Origin: Myxococcota bacterium
GTDB taxonomy: Bacteria; Myxococcota_A; UBA796; GCA-2862545
Direction of reading: 5' to 3'
Length of the DNA: 53,674 nucleotides
Assembly: GCA_039208735.1 (NCBI GenBank)
Contig: JBCCQY010000052.1
Coordinates: 1-53,674 of the forward strand
Part shown: piece by piece, positions 1 to 11,813 of the stretch
Layout of the letters: each line of letters starts with the position of its first letter
How positions within the stretch are numbered: the first letter of the stretch is position 1
The notes under the pieces: generated by a model
The model's input: the letters and a program-made list of their open reading frames with translations, nothing else
Database searches by the model: none
What the model was told of the DNA's origin: nothing
Program-made: the position numbers and the translations under genes

Positions 1-1313
1 GACGGACAGATGTACGTACACAGTGCAGCTTCCTCATCGGTCAGATCGAGGAGGCCAAGCTGAATGCTTTCTTCGATATCGCCCGAGGCCATCGACTTGA
101 ACAAGAACTCAGGCATGATGTCGGGGGTCGCGATGACCCTGCGATAGGCGTCGACGGGCACCATCGCACGAACCCCGCCCCAAATCCCTGGGCGAAGGTC
201 GACGGTGTGGTCGCTGCCCTCGGTGCCGAGGTTGGGCAGGAATCCGGAGAGGAAGGCCCGGTGCACCGACCAAGTGAAGAATTCCGGAAGCGCCCATCCA
301 AACAACCTTCGCGGAACCTCATCGGGCAACACATGGATGGCCCGGGCGAGGAACGATGCCCAACGGGCGGAGTCGACCGCGACCCCCGTAAGAACGGAGC
401 CTCGAATCCACCGATGCTCGCCCCCGTTGGTCTCACCAACGATGTCAGCCATCGGCGCCCCGGCCAGCGTGCGCACGAAGCGTGGCTTTGCGACGCCCGC
501 CCCCACCGCGGCGTAGATGCGGGTGGCCTCGAACTCACCGGTAAGGAGGGCCCGGCCGAGGAGCACGGCATCCCACGCTCGGATCGTCCACACCCGCATC
601 GAACCCCGCGGGGGGTCCACGTGGTTGACCTGCACCCCAGGGTCGCCGGCGGGGTGAGGGCCGGTAAACTCATGGATGTCGACGCCCTTGAGCCCGACAA
701 ATGCGGGATTCTTGGCGCCACGACGAATCCCCAGGTGGACCTTCGGAGCGAAGCGGCCAAATACCGTGATGGCCGCTTGCAGGGCGGCCTGGTCGTCTTC
801 GGAAAGCAACACGTCGACGTCGGGCTGAAGGGGCCCCGTTTCCCAACCACCGATGAAAATGGACTGGGGGGCTTCCTCCCCTGTCGGCATCTTGTTCAGC
901 GGACGGGTCTTGAACGCACCAAACAGCCCCGTGCCCATGGCCGCTTCGAGGGCCGCGTCTGCGTCGAGCTTCTCGAGCTGCTCGAGCGTGAACTTGGGCA
1001 TCTCGGCCGTCGCGTCGAGTTCAGCCGTCTCGACGATGAAGTCCGTGATGACCCGACGGGCTCCGCGGCGGATTTCCGACACCCGACCGGCCGACGGCGA
1101 ACGGAACACGATGCGAGCGTCGTGTTTGTGGAAGAACAGGACGGTCCCACGCTCGACCGCATCGCCTTCACGAATCGCCGGCTTCGCAACGAGGCCGTTG
1201 AATTCAGTGGGCGAATACGCGACCGTCGCAGGCCGCGGGAGGTCGACGACGTCGCCGGACGCCGCTCCCGAGATGGGAATGTTCAGGCCGCGCTTGATGA
1301 CGATTTCAGACAT
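1..1313 (-). CDS. nqrA: Na(+)-translocating NADH:quinone reductase subunit A; 3' end runs off the window
   Basis: Hand-translated from the ATG at 1313: MSEIVIKRGLNIPISGAA...FRSPSAGRVSEIRRGARRV. The same frame at the left edge reads LGLLDLTDEEAALCTYICP, matching the NqrA N- and C-terminal motifs. Absent from the ORF track because there is no stop in the window. Confidence 0.93.
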   Translation of the reverse strand, partial: MSEIVIKRGLNIPISGAASGDVVDLPRPATVAYSPTEFNGLVAKPAIREGDAVERGTVLFFHKHDARIVFRSPSAGRVSEIRRGARRVITDFIVETAELDATAEMPKFTLEQLEKLDADAALEAAMGTGLFGAFKTRPLNKMPTGEEAPQSIFIGGWETGPLQPDVDVLLSEDDQAALQAAITVFGRFAPKVHLGIRRGAKNPAFVGLKGVDIHEFTGPHPAGDPGVQVNHVDPPRGSMRVWTIRAWDAVLLGRALLTGEFEATRIYAAVGAGVAKPRFVRTLAGAPMADIVGETNGGEHRWIRGSVLTGVAVDSARWASFLARAIHVLPDEVPRRLFGWALPEFFTWSVHRAFLSGFLPNLGTEGSDHTVDLRPGIWGGVRAMVPVDAYRRVIATPDIMPEFLFKSMASGDIEESIQLGLLDLTDEEAALCTYICP

Positions 1314-1524
1314 GGTCCGATCCAGCTTCAATACCCGGTGGGTATCGTGGAATGAAGGCCAAGCCACCGGCCTGGCACAGTGTCCTCGGCCGTTCGTCCG
1401 CCGGATTCGAGGGTCGGCGGTCCGATCCGGAGGTACGCCCAATACCGCAGCGTGGAGTTGCATGCTCGGCCGTGCATCGGGAGGTTGCCCGTCGGTCACG
1501 GGCGTGTGTGCGCGAGACTCGGAC

Positions 1525-3102
1525 TTACCGATCCCGTAACGTTGGAGCGAGCCCCCAACCGGTAGCCAGCCCGAGAGCGCAGACGACAACTAACCAATCG
1601 CCGAATCGACGGTAGATCGTTTCGCTCTGACCCAGGCGAACCTCCACCACCCGCGCGACATCGGTGAAGGGTACCGTTTCGTGCAGGATCGCTCCGTGTG
1701 GCTCCACCACGAAGCTCACACCGGTATAAGCAGAGCGAATCATGGGAATACCCAATTCGGTCGACCGTACAGCGGCGAGCATCGCATGAAGATGAGGCGC
1801 AGACGTATCGAGGAACCACGCGTCGTTGGTGACCGTCACGAACATCTCGGCCTCGTCGAACCGACGACACACGTGGGGCAGGATGGCCTCGTAGCAAATG
1901 GGAGAGGCCATTTTGGCCCGATCGCCCTGGAATACAACGGGCGTATCACCAGGCCGAAAGTTCCCAATCCCGAGCTGGTAGGACAGTTCCTTTAGAAACG
2001 ACCCAAAGGGCCAATACTCGCCGAAGGGCAACGGAACCATCTTGTCGTAGCGCTCGCCCAAGCTGCCATCGCGCTCGAAGTGGTAGACCGAATTGAAGTT
2101 GATGGTTTCACGCCCACCGTCCTCGCCCTCCTGACGAACGTAGGTCCCCGCTCCCACTACCAGTTCAAGATTCTGGTCCTGAGCTACTTTCGAGAGCAAT
2201 CGGGTTCGCGCAGGAACGCGGCCGTTCTGGGGCGCGAGACTGAACGGGCACGCACCTTCAGGCCAGACCGTGAGATCGGTTCCCTCTGGAATGGACTGGG
2301 TCAATCGGAGCCAATCGTCGAACGCCTCATTGGCCGGATGGGTGAGACGCCACTCCATGCCCTTGGCGGTCTGGATCTGGCCGTAGCGAAGTGTGGGGGC
2401 CTCACGAAGCATGGCTTCGACCTGCCCATACCGCCAGGCGCCGAACGTCACGACCGCAGCCAACGTGCCCCCAGCCGCCGCAAACCACCCGAAAGGCAGG
2501 CGCTGCCCTTCCTGCACGCGGTACATCGCCTCGGCGAGAACGGCGTTCACGAACGCGACCAAGAACGTGAGGCCCCAAATGCCCGTGATGCTGGCCAGCT
2601 GCCAGGTGTAGACCGCGCGATACTGCGACACACCGTGGTTGAACGGAAACAGCGTGAGCCACATGGCGACCCACTCGATGAGGACGAACCATGCAGGCCA
2701 GGCCAGCACCCACGCGCTGCCCAACCGTCGCCGCAAGGGGTGGACCGCGGTCCAGATCAGAACGTGCGGCAACCCGTAGACGATGCCGAACAAGCCCGTG
2801 ATGGTCGCCGCGGCGGGCCAAGGGACCACGGGAGCAAACGTCGTGATGGTCGCTGTGATCCACCGGAAGATGACCGCGAGTCCAACCGCCCCGTAGACCC
2901 ACGAGAGCCAGCGGTTGGCCCGAGGCGTGCGAGGATCGAGCGCCCAGAACATCGGCAGATAGGCGAACCAGTGCCAACGATGCCAGTTGGCAGGGGGCGC
3001 CAGCACCGCGAGAAAGGCCGCGGCGGCGATGACCACCAGCAACCGGACTCCGAAAGGCGCTGGAGAACCATCTCGATTCACCCGCGACCCATCTTCGCGC
3101 AT
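1525..3102 (-). CDS. lnt: apolipoprotein N-acyltransferase
   Basis: Multi-TM N-terminus plus nitrilase-fold triad motifs WPEGA, YDKMVPLPFGEY and ICYEAI, with NDAWF and RSAYTGVS. Confidence 0.95.
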   Translation of the reverse strand: MREDGSRVNRDGSPAPFGVRLLVVIAAAAFLAVLAPPANWHRWHWFAYLPMFWALDPRTPRANRWLSWVYGAVGLAVIFRWITATITTFAPVVPWPAAATITGLFGIVYGLPHVLIWTAVHPLRRRLGSAWVLAWPAWFVLIEWVAMWLTLFPFNHGVSQYRAVYTWQLASITGIWGLTFLVAFVNAVLAEAMYRVQEGQRLPFGWFAAAGGTLAAVVTFGAWRYGQVEAMLREAPTLRYGQIQTAKGMEWRLTHPANEAFDDWLRLTQSIPEGTDLTVWPEGACPFSLAPQNGRVPARTRLLSKVAQDQNLELVVGAGTYVRQEGEDGGRETINFNSVYHFERDGSLGERYDKMVPLPFGEYWPFGSFLKELSYQLGIGNFRPGDTPVVFQGDRAKMASPICYEAILPHVCRRFDEAEMFVTVTNDAWFLDTSAPHLHAMLAAVRSTELGIPMIRSAYTGVSFVVEPHGAILHETVPFTDVARVVEVRLGQSETIYRRFGDWLVVVCALGLATGWGLAPTLRDR

Positions 3103-3144
3103 CCCGTGCCTCCGATTCGTTGGCAGGCCAGGTAATGCGGAAGG

Positions 3145-3906
3145 TCAGCGAGCGCGCTGCCAGTCGCCAGACATCCAGGTGCGAGCGGCGGCGGAACGCT
3201 CTTTTTCGAGGAGCGGGGCTAGCTGGAGTTCCAGCATCTCCCGCATCGCGAGGAGGCTCTGCAAACGAGCCGCCGGACTGACCTTACGGAGCTCCGCGAT
3301 CACATCAAGCACAGTGGTGAGAGAAGCTCCCGCATCACACACCCGCGAAATGAGCCCAAGGCGCACCGCAGCCTCGGCGGTGAACGGCCGGCCGGTCAAC
3401 GCGATGTGCTGGGCCTGCGTGACGCCAAGCGCCAGGTAGAGCCGCGACAATCCACCCAATCCCGTCACGATGCCATCACGCACCCCCGGCAACCCAAACC
3501 GAGCATCGCGACCGGCCACCACGATGTCGGCCATCAGCGCGAACTCGAACCCCGCTCCTAGGCAATGGCCTTCGACGGCGGCCAGGATGGGGCACGGCAG
3601 GCGACCGATCGCCGCGAAGGCTCCGTAGAGCTGCGATGCGAGTTCACCGACCCGGTAGGCATCGCGGTTTTCGAGCATGCCGCGAATCGTCTTCATGAGG
3701 CTGTCTTTGGGATCCAGGTCCAGGCCTACGCTGAAATCGGGCCCTGGACTGCACAACACGAGAAACCCCGGTGGGGAATCGCCAAGTTGCACCGACAGCT
3801 TCCGCAACTCGTCAAACGCGCCGCCGCGAATCGGATTTCCAGGGCGACCCGATGCGATCTGGAGAAACGCAACATCCCCCTCCATCGTTAGCTGAACGTC
3901 GCTCAT
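3145..3906 (-). CDS. enoyl-CoA hydratase/isomerase (crotonase) family protein
   Basis: FSVGLDL, AAVEGHCLGAGFEFALMADIVVA and TGRPFTAEAAVRLGLI crotonase motifs. Start placed at MSDVQLTMEG (3906) rather than 3954. Confidence 0.88.
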   Translation of the reverse strand: MSDVQLTMEGDVAFLQIASGRPGNPIRGGAFDELRKLSVQLGDSPPGFLVLCSPGPDFSVGLDLDPKDSLMKTIRGMLENRDAYRVGELASQLYGAFAAIGRLPCPILAAVEGHCLGAGFEFALMADIVVAGRDARFGLPGVRDGIVTGLGGLSRLYLALGVTQAQHIALTGRPFTAEAAVRLGLISRVCDAGASLTTVLDVIAELRKVSPAARLQSLLAMREMLELQLAPLLEKERSAAARTWMSGDWQRAR

Positions 3907-3971
3907 CCGCGGCCTCCCGGTTTCCGTACCGGATATCCGGGCGACTCCGACCATGATGGCCCAAACGACGA

Positions 3972-4001
3972 CGGGGCGCCGACGAACCCGCCGACACCCC
4001 G
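3972..4001 (-). terminator. GC-rich hairpin downstream of groEL (terminator or mRNA-stabilising stem)
   Basis: Minus strand CGGGGTGTCGGCG-GGTT-CGTCGGCGCCCCG forms a 13-bp stem with G-U pairs about 20 bp after the groEL stop. The U-tract is weak. Confidence 0.45.
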
Positions 4002-4021
4002 CGAAGAACGCGCACCGAGGA

Positions 4022-5921
<1,900 letters not shown>

Positions 5922-5995
5922 GGCCTCCTCCGTTCGTTCGGGAGTTTTTCGGTCGACGGAGACGACTTCGTTTGGACGTCCCCGGTTCGCGGTTG

Positions 5996-6023
5996 GAGCT
6001 AGACACGCTGCCGCCACCGTCAA
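5996..6023 (-). promoter_or_regulatory. possible sigma70-type promoter of groESL
   Basis: Minus strand TTGACG-N16-TAGCTC about 75 bp upstream of groES; the -10 element is weak. Confidence 0.25.
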
Positions 6024-6137
6024 GCCTCTGACACGACCGTTCGAGACGTTCTCGACATTTCAAAGGAATGAATACCCATTTCGCAAAGAGGCCTGAACAA
6101 CCCGCAATTCACCTCCGTTTCACGATAGAGTCCCGTT

Positions 6138-6599
6138 GTGAAGCAACGATCCGCTCCCACCATTCGAGGCTTCCTCCATCCGCAATGCGGGCCGGTGTTG
6201 CGGGCGGAGGTGCGGTCTCCCACGGGGCTCCTCACGAATGGGCTCGCGATCCTCGACACCGGGGCCTCGCTGTCGGCGGTCGACCAGGAAGTCGCACACA
6301 CCCTTGGGCTGCCGAGCCACGGGGCCGCTCGGTGGTCGGCGGTGACCGATACGGGCGAGCCTCATCCCGTCGCGCCCTTGCGTCGGGCGGCGGTGCGACT
6401 GTCCGACGACTCGCGACTGTGGGAACTCGATCTCATCGAGATCCCGCGCCTAAGGCAGGCGGTTCCTGGGAAGCCCGTCGTAGCGCTGTTGGGATGGAAC
6501 TTCCTTGATCAGTGCGTCCTGCTTTGCGATGGCCCTGCGCGCACCTTCACCCTCGAGTTGCCACGCTGGGTCAGCGGACGATCCGCCGCAGCGAAGTAG
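6138..6599 (+). CDS. retropepsin-like (clan AA) aspartic protease
   Basis: Single domain with the LAILDTGASLS catalytic motif and a C-terminal ALLGWNFL motif. Confidence 0.8.
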   Translation: MKQRSAPTIRGFLHPQCGPVLRAEVRSPTGLLTNGLAILDTGASLSAVDQEVAHTLGLPSHGAARWSAVTDTGEPHPVAPLRRAAVRLSDDSRLWELDLIEIPRLRQAVPGKPVVALLGWNFLDQCVLLCDGPARTFTLELPRWVSGRSAAAK

Positions 6600-8114
6600 C
6601 TACTTCTCCCAGACCGCCGGAAGCACCAACGCCAATAGGGTCATGAACTCGAGTCGGCCCAACACCATCGCGTAGCTGAACAGCAGTTTCGCGGTATCGG
6701 AGTACACCGCGAAGGTGTCGACCCCCCCATGGAACGGGGCGGGGCCCATGTTCGACACGCACGTCAGCGTCGCCCCGAACGCAGTTCCAATCGGTACCCC
6801 GTCCGTGAGGGCAACGAGCCAGGTGCCCACGCCGAGCGACGCCAAGTACAGGCAGAGAAAGGCGCTTACCTCGAGCAGCAGCGCCTCATCGACCGCCTGG
6901 CCCTCCATCCGAACGACCTGCACTACGTTGGGCCGAACCGCACGACGGATCTGCGTTCCGATCGTCTCCATCGTCAGGATCACCCGACTGATCTTCATGC
7001 CACCAGCCGTGGACCCCGCACAACCGCCAATGAACATCAGCAGGAGCACCAAGGCCAATGAGGGAGCGGGAAACTGCATGTAGTCCTCAATGCCGTACCC
7101 CGTGGAGGTGATGAAGGTGGCGGTGGTGAACAACGCGTGGCGAGCGCTGTCGAGCCAACTGCGAACGACGTCTTCGCCCTCGGTGAACGTTCGGTTGAGC
7201 ACCGTGAAGAAGAAGATCACCGTCAACACGATGCCCGCATAGGCACGAAACTCAGGCGAACGAAGGAACAATCCGATCCGGCGGGTTCGCAGGACGCCAT
7301 AGTACAGCCCAAAGTTCACCCCCGCAGCCAGCATGAACACGGCGATGACGACCTCAATGGCGGGGCTCTGAAAGGCTGCCACCGAGGCATCTCGGGTCGA
7401 AAAGCCACCGGTGCTCACCGTGGTGAACGCATGGCAGATGGCTTCGAACAACGGCATGCCGAGCGCCGTCAGCAACCCCGCTTCGACCAGGGTCAGCGCC
7501 ACGTACATGCCATAGAGCCACAACGCTGTCTCGGCGATTCGCGGGGCCAAACCACCCGCCGTGGGCCCTGGCACCTCGGCCTTGAACAGTTTCTTGCCCC
7601 CTGCCCCAACCCGGGGAAAGAACGCCACGAACAGCACCACAATGCCCATGCCCCCCATCCATTGGGTGAGCGAACGCCACAGCAGCAACGGGCGCGATAA
7701 CGTGGCTTCAATGCGATTTACGACAGTAGCGCCGGTGGTGGTAAAGCCGCTCGTCGACTCAAAGAGGGCATCGGCGGGCGTCATTCCGGTATCGAGCACG
7801 TAGGGCAAGGCTCCAAACACCGAGGCCGCCAGCCAAATCGCCGCCGTGAGCACGAAGGCATCGCGACGTGTGAGGGCTGCGACGTCGACGGGAGCGCCCG
7901 TTCGATGCAGCAAAAACCCAGCTCCCGCGGTGATGGCAGCGGAAAGAAACAGGTTGAAGACAGAGCCTTCGTCGATGTCAGGGCGCACGTAGCCCGTCGC
8001 CTGAAACAGGCTTCCGGCAAGTCCGCAAAGCGCGATAGCGCCGGCCAGGCCGTACAACACGAACCCGACTGGACGCGACACCCGCCGCAACACCGTCCCT
8101 GGGGCAATTTTCAT
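6600..8114 (-). CDS. trkH: TrkH/Ktr potassium uptake membrane protein
   Basis: Pore motifs FESTSGFTTTGATV, TVSTGGFS, TSTGYG, GGCAGSTAGGMK, SNMGP and LGRLE. Start placed at MKIAPG (8114). Confidence 0.93.
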   Translation of the reverse strand: MKIAPGTVLRRVSRPVGFVLYGLAGAIALCGLAGSLFQATGYVRPDIDEGSVFNLFLSAAITAGAGFLLHRTGAPVDVAALTRRDAFVLTAAIWLAASVFGALPYVLDTGMTPADALFESTSGFTTTGATVVNRIEATLSRPLLLWRSLTQWMGGMGIVVLFVAFFPRVGAGGKKLFKAEVPGPTAGGLAPRIAETALWLYGMYVALTLVEAGLLTALGMPLFEAICHAFTTVSTGGFSTRDASVAAFQSPAIEVVIAVFMLAAGVNFGLYYGVLRTRRIGLFLRSPEFRAYAGIVLTVIFFFTVLNRTFTEGEDVVRSWLDSARHALFTTATFITSTGYGIEDYMQFPAPSLALVLLLMFIGGCAGSTAGGMKISRVILTMETIGTQIRRAVRPNVVQVVRMEGQAVDEALLLEVSAFLCLYLASLGVGTWLVALTDGVPIGTAFGATLTCVSNMGPAPFHGGVDTFAVYSDTAKLLFSYAMVLGRLEFMTLLALVLPAVWEK

Positions 8115-8164
8115 CAGGGGTCCTCTCGGCCCCATCCCTATGCCACTGGAGTCGAGCGTGGCGC

Positions 8165-8854
8165 CTAGCGGTGTTCGGGCAGCAACGTGCCGGACTGGGC
8201 GTACAGGGTCGTGAGCATCGCGGTCACCAGGGTGGCGACGGCCAGATGCATCTCCTTTTCGCCGCCCGAAAGGCTCAAACAAGTGCGATTGGCATCGTGG
8301 AGCACTAGTTCATCGGACCGCAACACCATCGAGAGATGCGGCATCGCCATCATCGCCTTGACCACCCGAGGGTTCGTCAACAACGCCATCGTCTGTGCCG
8401 CAAGGGGGGATCGGACGATGAATCGTTGATCGAGTTCGGGAATCTCGGTCTTGAACACGCCTCCGCCGGTGGGCGACACGTCCGGCGCGGTCCGTTCCAC
8501 GACCTCGAGGGTGAGCGTGTTGTAGCGGGGCAACTTCACCGACCAGCGAAACCCTCGCTGCTTTGGGGTTCCGGCGTCGTGAAACACGATGCTCGCCCCC
8601 ACGGTGGGACGGGTCCACTCGTACGTGTCTGTCGACCGATAGGACAGTTCGTCCAGCATCGACTGTCGGCGATCCCGACGCTCATTCGGCCCGCGGGACC
8701 ACACCACCAGAGCAATCGCAGCCACCAGCAACACCGCACCCACGCCGATCGCGACCATGGCTGCAGCGCCCGACAACATCCAACCCGACGAGGCGACCTC
8801 TTCCATGCGGAGCATCCTGCCACGTTCCACACGGCCCGCAAGGAGGGTTGTCAA
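8165..8854 (-). CDS. hypothetical single-pass membrane protein
   Basis: One hydrophobic segment followed by a soluble domain. Lies in the same-strand gene run and abuts the SRAP stop; start uncertain. Confidence 0.65.
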   Translation of the reverse strand: MTTLLAGRVERGRMLRMEEVASSGWMLSGAAAMVAIGVGAVLLVAAIALVVWSRGPNERRDRRQSMLDELSYRSTDTYEWTRPTVGASIVFHDAGTPKQRGFRWSVKLPRYNTLTLEVVERTAPDVSPTGGGVFKTEIPELDQRFIVRSPLAAQTMALLTNPRVVKAMMAMPHLSMVLRSDELVLHDANRTCLSLSGGEKEMHLAVATLVTAMLTTLYAQSGTLLPEHR

Positions 8855-9543
8855 TCCTCCTCGACATACGGCCCCTGAACGTCGGGACCCTTGTTGCGGA
8901 CATTGCCCACGGCAGTGGAAACCCGCCGCTCCTGCATGAGGGATGCGTCGTAAGGCAGCAGCATCTCTTGCAGCTCAGCCTTGTCTTGGACCGATGGATC
9001 GAGCCAGCGTTCCCAGCGTTCTTCAGGCAGAATCACCGGCATCCGATCGTGGATCGGCTTCATCAGGGCGTTGCCCTCGGTCGTCACGATCGTGCAGGAC
9101 CGGATCTCCTCGTCCGTTTCGGGGTCGATCCACCGCTCCCATAGACCGGCCATCCCGAAAGGAACGCCATCCTTGAGCTGAATGAGGTGCGGGATCTTCT
9201 TGGCGCTCTTGCCCGATCCGACCTTCTCCCATTCGTAGAACCCATCCGCGATCATGAGGAGCCGGCGGCGCTTGAAGGCGGCCCGGTAGGCGGGCTTCGA
9301 AGACGCCGTTTCGGCTCGCGCATTGATCATCCGCGCGCTGGCTTTCTTGTCTTTGGACCAGCTCGGAATGAGTCCCCACCGGAACATCTGCAAGCTGCGG
9401 GTGCCGCTCTCATCGACCACCACCGCAGGGACCTGGGTGGTGGGGGCGATGTTGTAGCGAGGAAGTACCTCGGGAAGCACTTCGACCGAGAAGACGTCGG
9501 CGAGACTCTGCGCAGACGAGGACATCGCGTAGCGGCCGCACAT
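8851..9543 (-). CDS. SOS response-associated peptidase (SRAP/YedK/HMCES family) abasic-site protein
   Basis: N-terminal MCGRY, plus PRYNIAPT, WGLIPSW, INARAET, GFYEW and IHDRMP. Confidence 0.95.
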   Translation of the reverse strand: MCGRYAMSSSAQSLADVFSVEVLPEVLPRYNIAPTTQVPAVVVDESGTRSLQMFRWGLIPSWSKDKKASARMINARAETASSKPAYRAAFKRRRLLMIADGFYEWEKVGSGKSAKKIPHLIQLKDGVPFGMAGLWERWIDPETDEEIRSCTIVTTEGNALMKPIHDRMPVILPEERWERWLDPSVQDKAELQEMLLPYDASLMQERRVSTAVGNVRNKGPDVQGPYVEED

Positions 9544-9547
9544 TGGG

Positions 9548-10315
9548 TCAGTTCCCGCCGACGAACTTGTCGATCTCTTCGGCCTGCTGCTGCATCGCGT
9601 TCACCACCTGATCGAGGGCGAAGGAGTCGGGGATTTCGACCCCCGCGACATTGGCATCGACCCAGTTGATCTCGAGCCGCGCGGTGCCGTCCTCCGACTC
9701 CCAAATCGCAGCCAGCACGTAGTTCTGAAGCAGATTCACGACCCCTACGCTGGTTTCGGTCTCTTCGGGCACGAGCGTGCGGAAAAGCAACACCGAACGC
9801 CCGTCCTGGGTCTCTCCCCACCGGAACAGCTGATCGAAGTCCTGCTTGGTCTCACCGATGGGCCAGGGCTGGTCGTTCTCGCGGGACCCCGTCTGGGCGA
9901 GACGGTTGCAGTCGCGGTCGAGGAAGCACCGACGATCACTTTCTTCGTCGAGGGTCACCGAGTAGCGGAGCGTCCGCTCAAACACCGGAGAGAGGTCTGG
10001 CAGCGTCACCACGTCGGCGACATCGTTGAGCGACGAGGTCATGCGCACCTGACCCGCGGCCCCTGTCACCTCGTTTTCGAGGTCCTTCTGCACCCCTACG
10101 AGCGCCAGTTCCGCGCTCGTGAGCGAATCGACACGGTAGCCCTGCTCAATCTGTCCGTCGTCGCTTTCGATGAGGTTCACCAACCCGTCGGCGGCCTCGT
10201 CCACAAACGCCGACCGCTCATCGAGGTTGACAAACGCAAAGACGGCCAGCTCCTCGAGCGACTCCGGGGCATCGACAACCTTGCAAGCAGTGAGCGCGAA
10301 CCACCAGACAAGCAC
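9548..10315 (-). CDS. hypothetical lipoprotein
   Basis: GGAGG RBS then GTG at 10315: VLVWWFALTA-C lipobox-like signal followed by an acidic globular domain. Confidence 0.7.
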   Translation of the reverse strand: MLVWWFALTACKVVDAPESLEELAVFAFVNLDERSAFVDEAADGLVNLIESDDGQIEQGYRVDSLTSAELALVGVQKDLENEVTGAAGQVRMTSSLNDVADVVTLPDLSPVFERTLRYSVTLDEESDRRCFLDRDCNRLAQTGSRENDQPWPIGETKQDFDQLFRWGETQDGRSVLLFRTLVPEETETSVGVVNLLQNYVLAAIWESEDGTARLEINWVDANVAGVEIPDSFALDQVVNAMQQQAEEIDKFVGGN

Positions 10316-10626
10316 GGAACCTCCAGCATACGTGCCCCAATAGGGAGCCCGTTCTCGTACCCCGCTGTTCCCTGCCGGCACAGCGAACGTCATCGGATGT
10401 CTCGCATTTGGCCCAAGGTCGAGGTGGCGACAGACTCGCATCCACATTGCCACTTTGGCGGTCTGCCGATCCGAGACGCATGACGGAAGTTGACATCTGA
10501 CTGAACAAGACATCTATACCTGCCAATGCGGATCCGAAGAGTGGAACTTGAAGGGTTTCTCATCCCACGTCCCTTCAATTCGGATGAGATGGCCTGCGGC
10601 AACCGTTGGAACGAGGACCGAGCACG

Positions 10627-10851
10627 ATGAAGCGATTTGGCGCGTGGACCCTGGCAATTCTCCTGGCCTTCGGGCTGGGCGTGTCCGGCTTGCCGGGACA
10701 TGCGATGGCCTGGGCAACGACGCGTCTTCTGGACGACGGCACCATTGCGCTCGAAGGACCAATGGAACGCGGCGTTCGACAAGCACTCATCCTCGAAGAG
10801 GTGCCTGACGTGCCTACGCCACCGAACGCCAAGGCCGCCCGCGCGCAGTAG
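10627..10851 (+). CDS. small secreted protein (74 aa)
   Basis: MKRFGAWTLAILLAFGLGVSGLPGHAMA signal peptide with an AMA cleavage site; GAGG upstream. Confidence 0.55.
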   Translation: MKRFGAWTLAILLAFGLGVSGLPGHAMAWATTRLLDDGTIALEGPMERGVRQALILEEVPDVPTPPNAKAARAQ

Positions 10852-10889
10852 GTCGACGGCCCGCCGGTCCCGGCCATAAGGGACCTTCG

Positions 10890-11813
10890 GTGCTCACCAC
10901 GTTGCCCATCTTCCTGATGTTCGCTGCCGCATCGACCTGGCAGGTCGACGGGACCTCATTGGCGGTGGTGCGGGGCCAAGAACCCGTGGCGACGCACGTT
11001 CGTTGCTCCCCGAACGCGGGCTTGCACACCTTAGGTGTCGCCGTCGTCGCGTACTCGAAGAAGCAGGGCACCACCACGTGGGGGCACGCATCGCTGCGGG
11101 TGCTCTACTGTCGCGATGGCGAGCGGTTCGACGCCGAATACGAGATGTACCGCTTGTCGGCCTGGAACGAGCTGCAACTACGCGAGGAGCACGAGGATGA
11201 AGCGTTCGCCGCCTCGCCGTGGCTCACGACCCAACGTGGAAAGCTCGTGTTGTTTCGGAATGCGGACCCGGTCGATGCCGGGTGGTACGGCGAAGCCCAG
11301 GCCGCCAATCGTGAAATCTACGAAGTTTGGCTGGATCTTTCGCCCATCGAAGCAAACGCAGTGGTCGAACACATCGACGCCCAGTATGCCAAGCAGCTGC
11401 AGCACTTGCGCACGCACACCGACCTCGAATCGCGCTACGTCGCCTGGGGCGACAACTGCACCGCCGTGTTCGAAGCCCTGCCGTCTCGCGTGACCGACGC
11501 CACCGGATTTCCCATCACGCCGTTTGCATGGGTGCGCCGCCTTCACGATGCGGGCGTCGTCCGCGGAAGGGTGCTGTACCCGTCCCATCACCTCGTGAAA
11601 CGGTGGCGTTCTGAATTGCCCGATACGAGCCGCCGGCTCCACCCCATTTTCCGCCGCTCGGCTCGACTCTCGCTGCCTCACGTCGGCAAGCTCCACGCGA
11701 CCTGGTTGAATGTCGAACCAGCCGTGGTCGAACTTCTGCCGAAGGTTCGTTTACAGCAAGAGACGGCCGACCTCTGGTATCGTCCCGCCATGACATCGAG
11801 CGCATCCCCATGA
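10890..11813 (+). CDS. Lnb_N/DUF4105-like periplasmic domain protein (His/Cys thiol acyltransferase or hydrolase fold)
   Basis: Short signal peptide; WGHASLRV, REIYEVWLDLS and YVAWGDNCT follow the GH...NC pattern of DUF4105. Confidence 0.7.
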   Translation: MLTTLPIFLMFAAASTWQVDGTSLAVVRGQEPVATHVRCSPNAGLHTLGVAVVAYSKKQGTTTWGHASLRVLYCRDGERFDAEYEMYRLSAWNELQLREEHEDEAFAASPWLTTQRGKLVLFRNADPVDAGWYGEAQAANREIYEVWLDLSPIEANAVVEHIDAQYAKQLQHLRTHTDLESRYVAWGDNCTAVFEALPSRVTDATGFPITPFAWVRRLHDAGVVRGRVLYPSHHLVKRWRSELPDTSRRLHPIFRRSARLSLPHVGKLHATWLNVEPAVVELLPKVRLQQETADLWYRPAMTSSASP

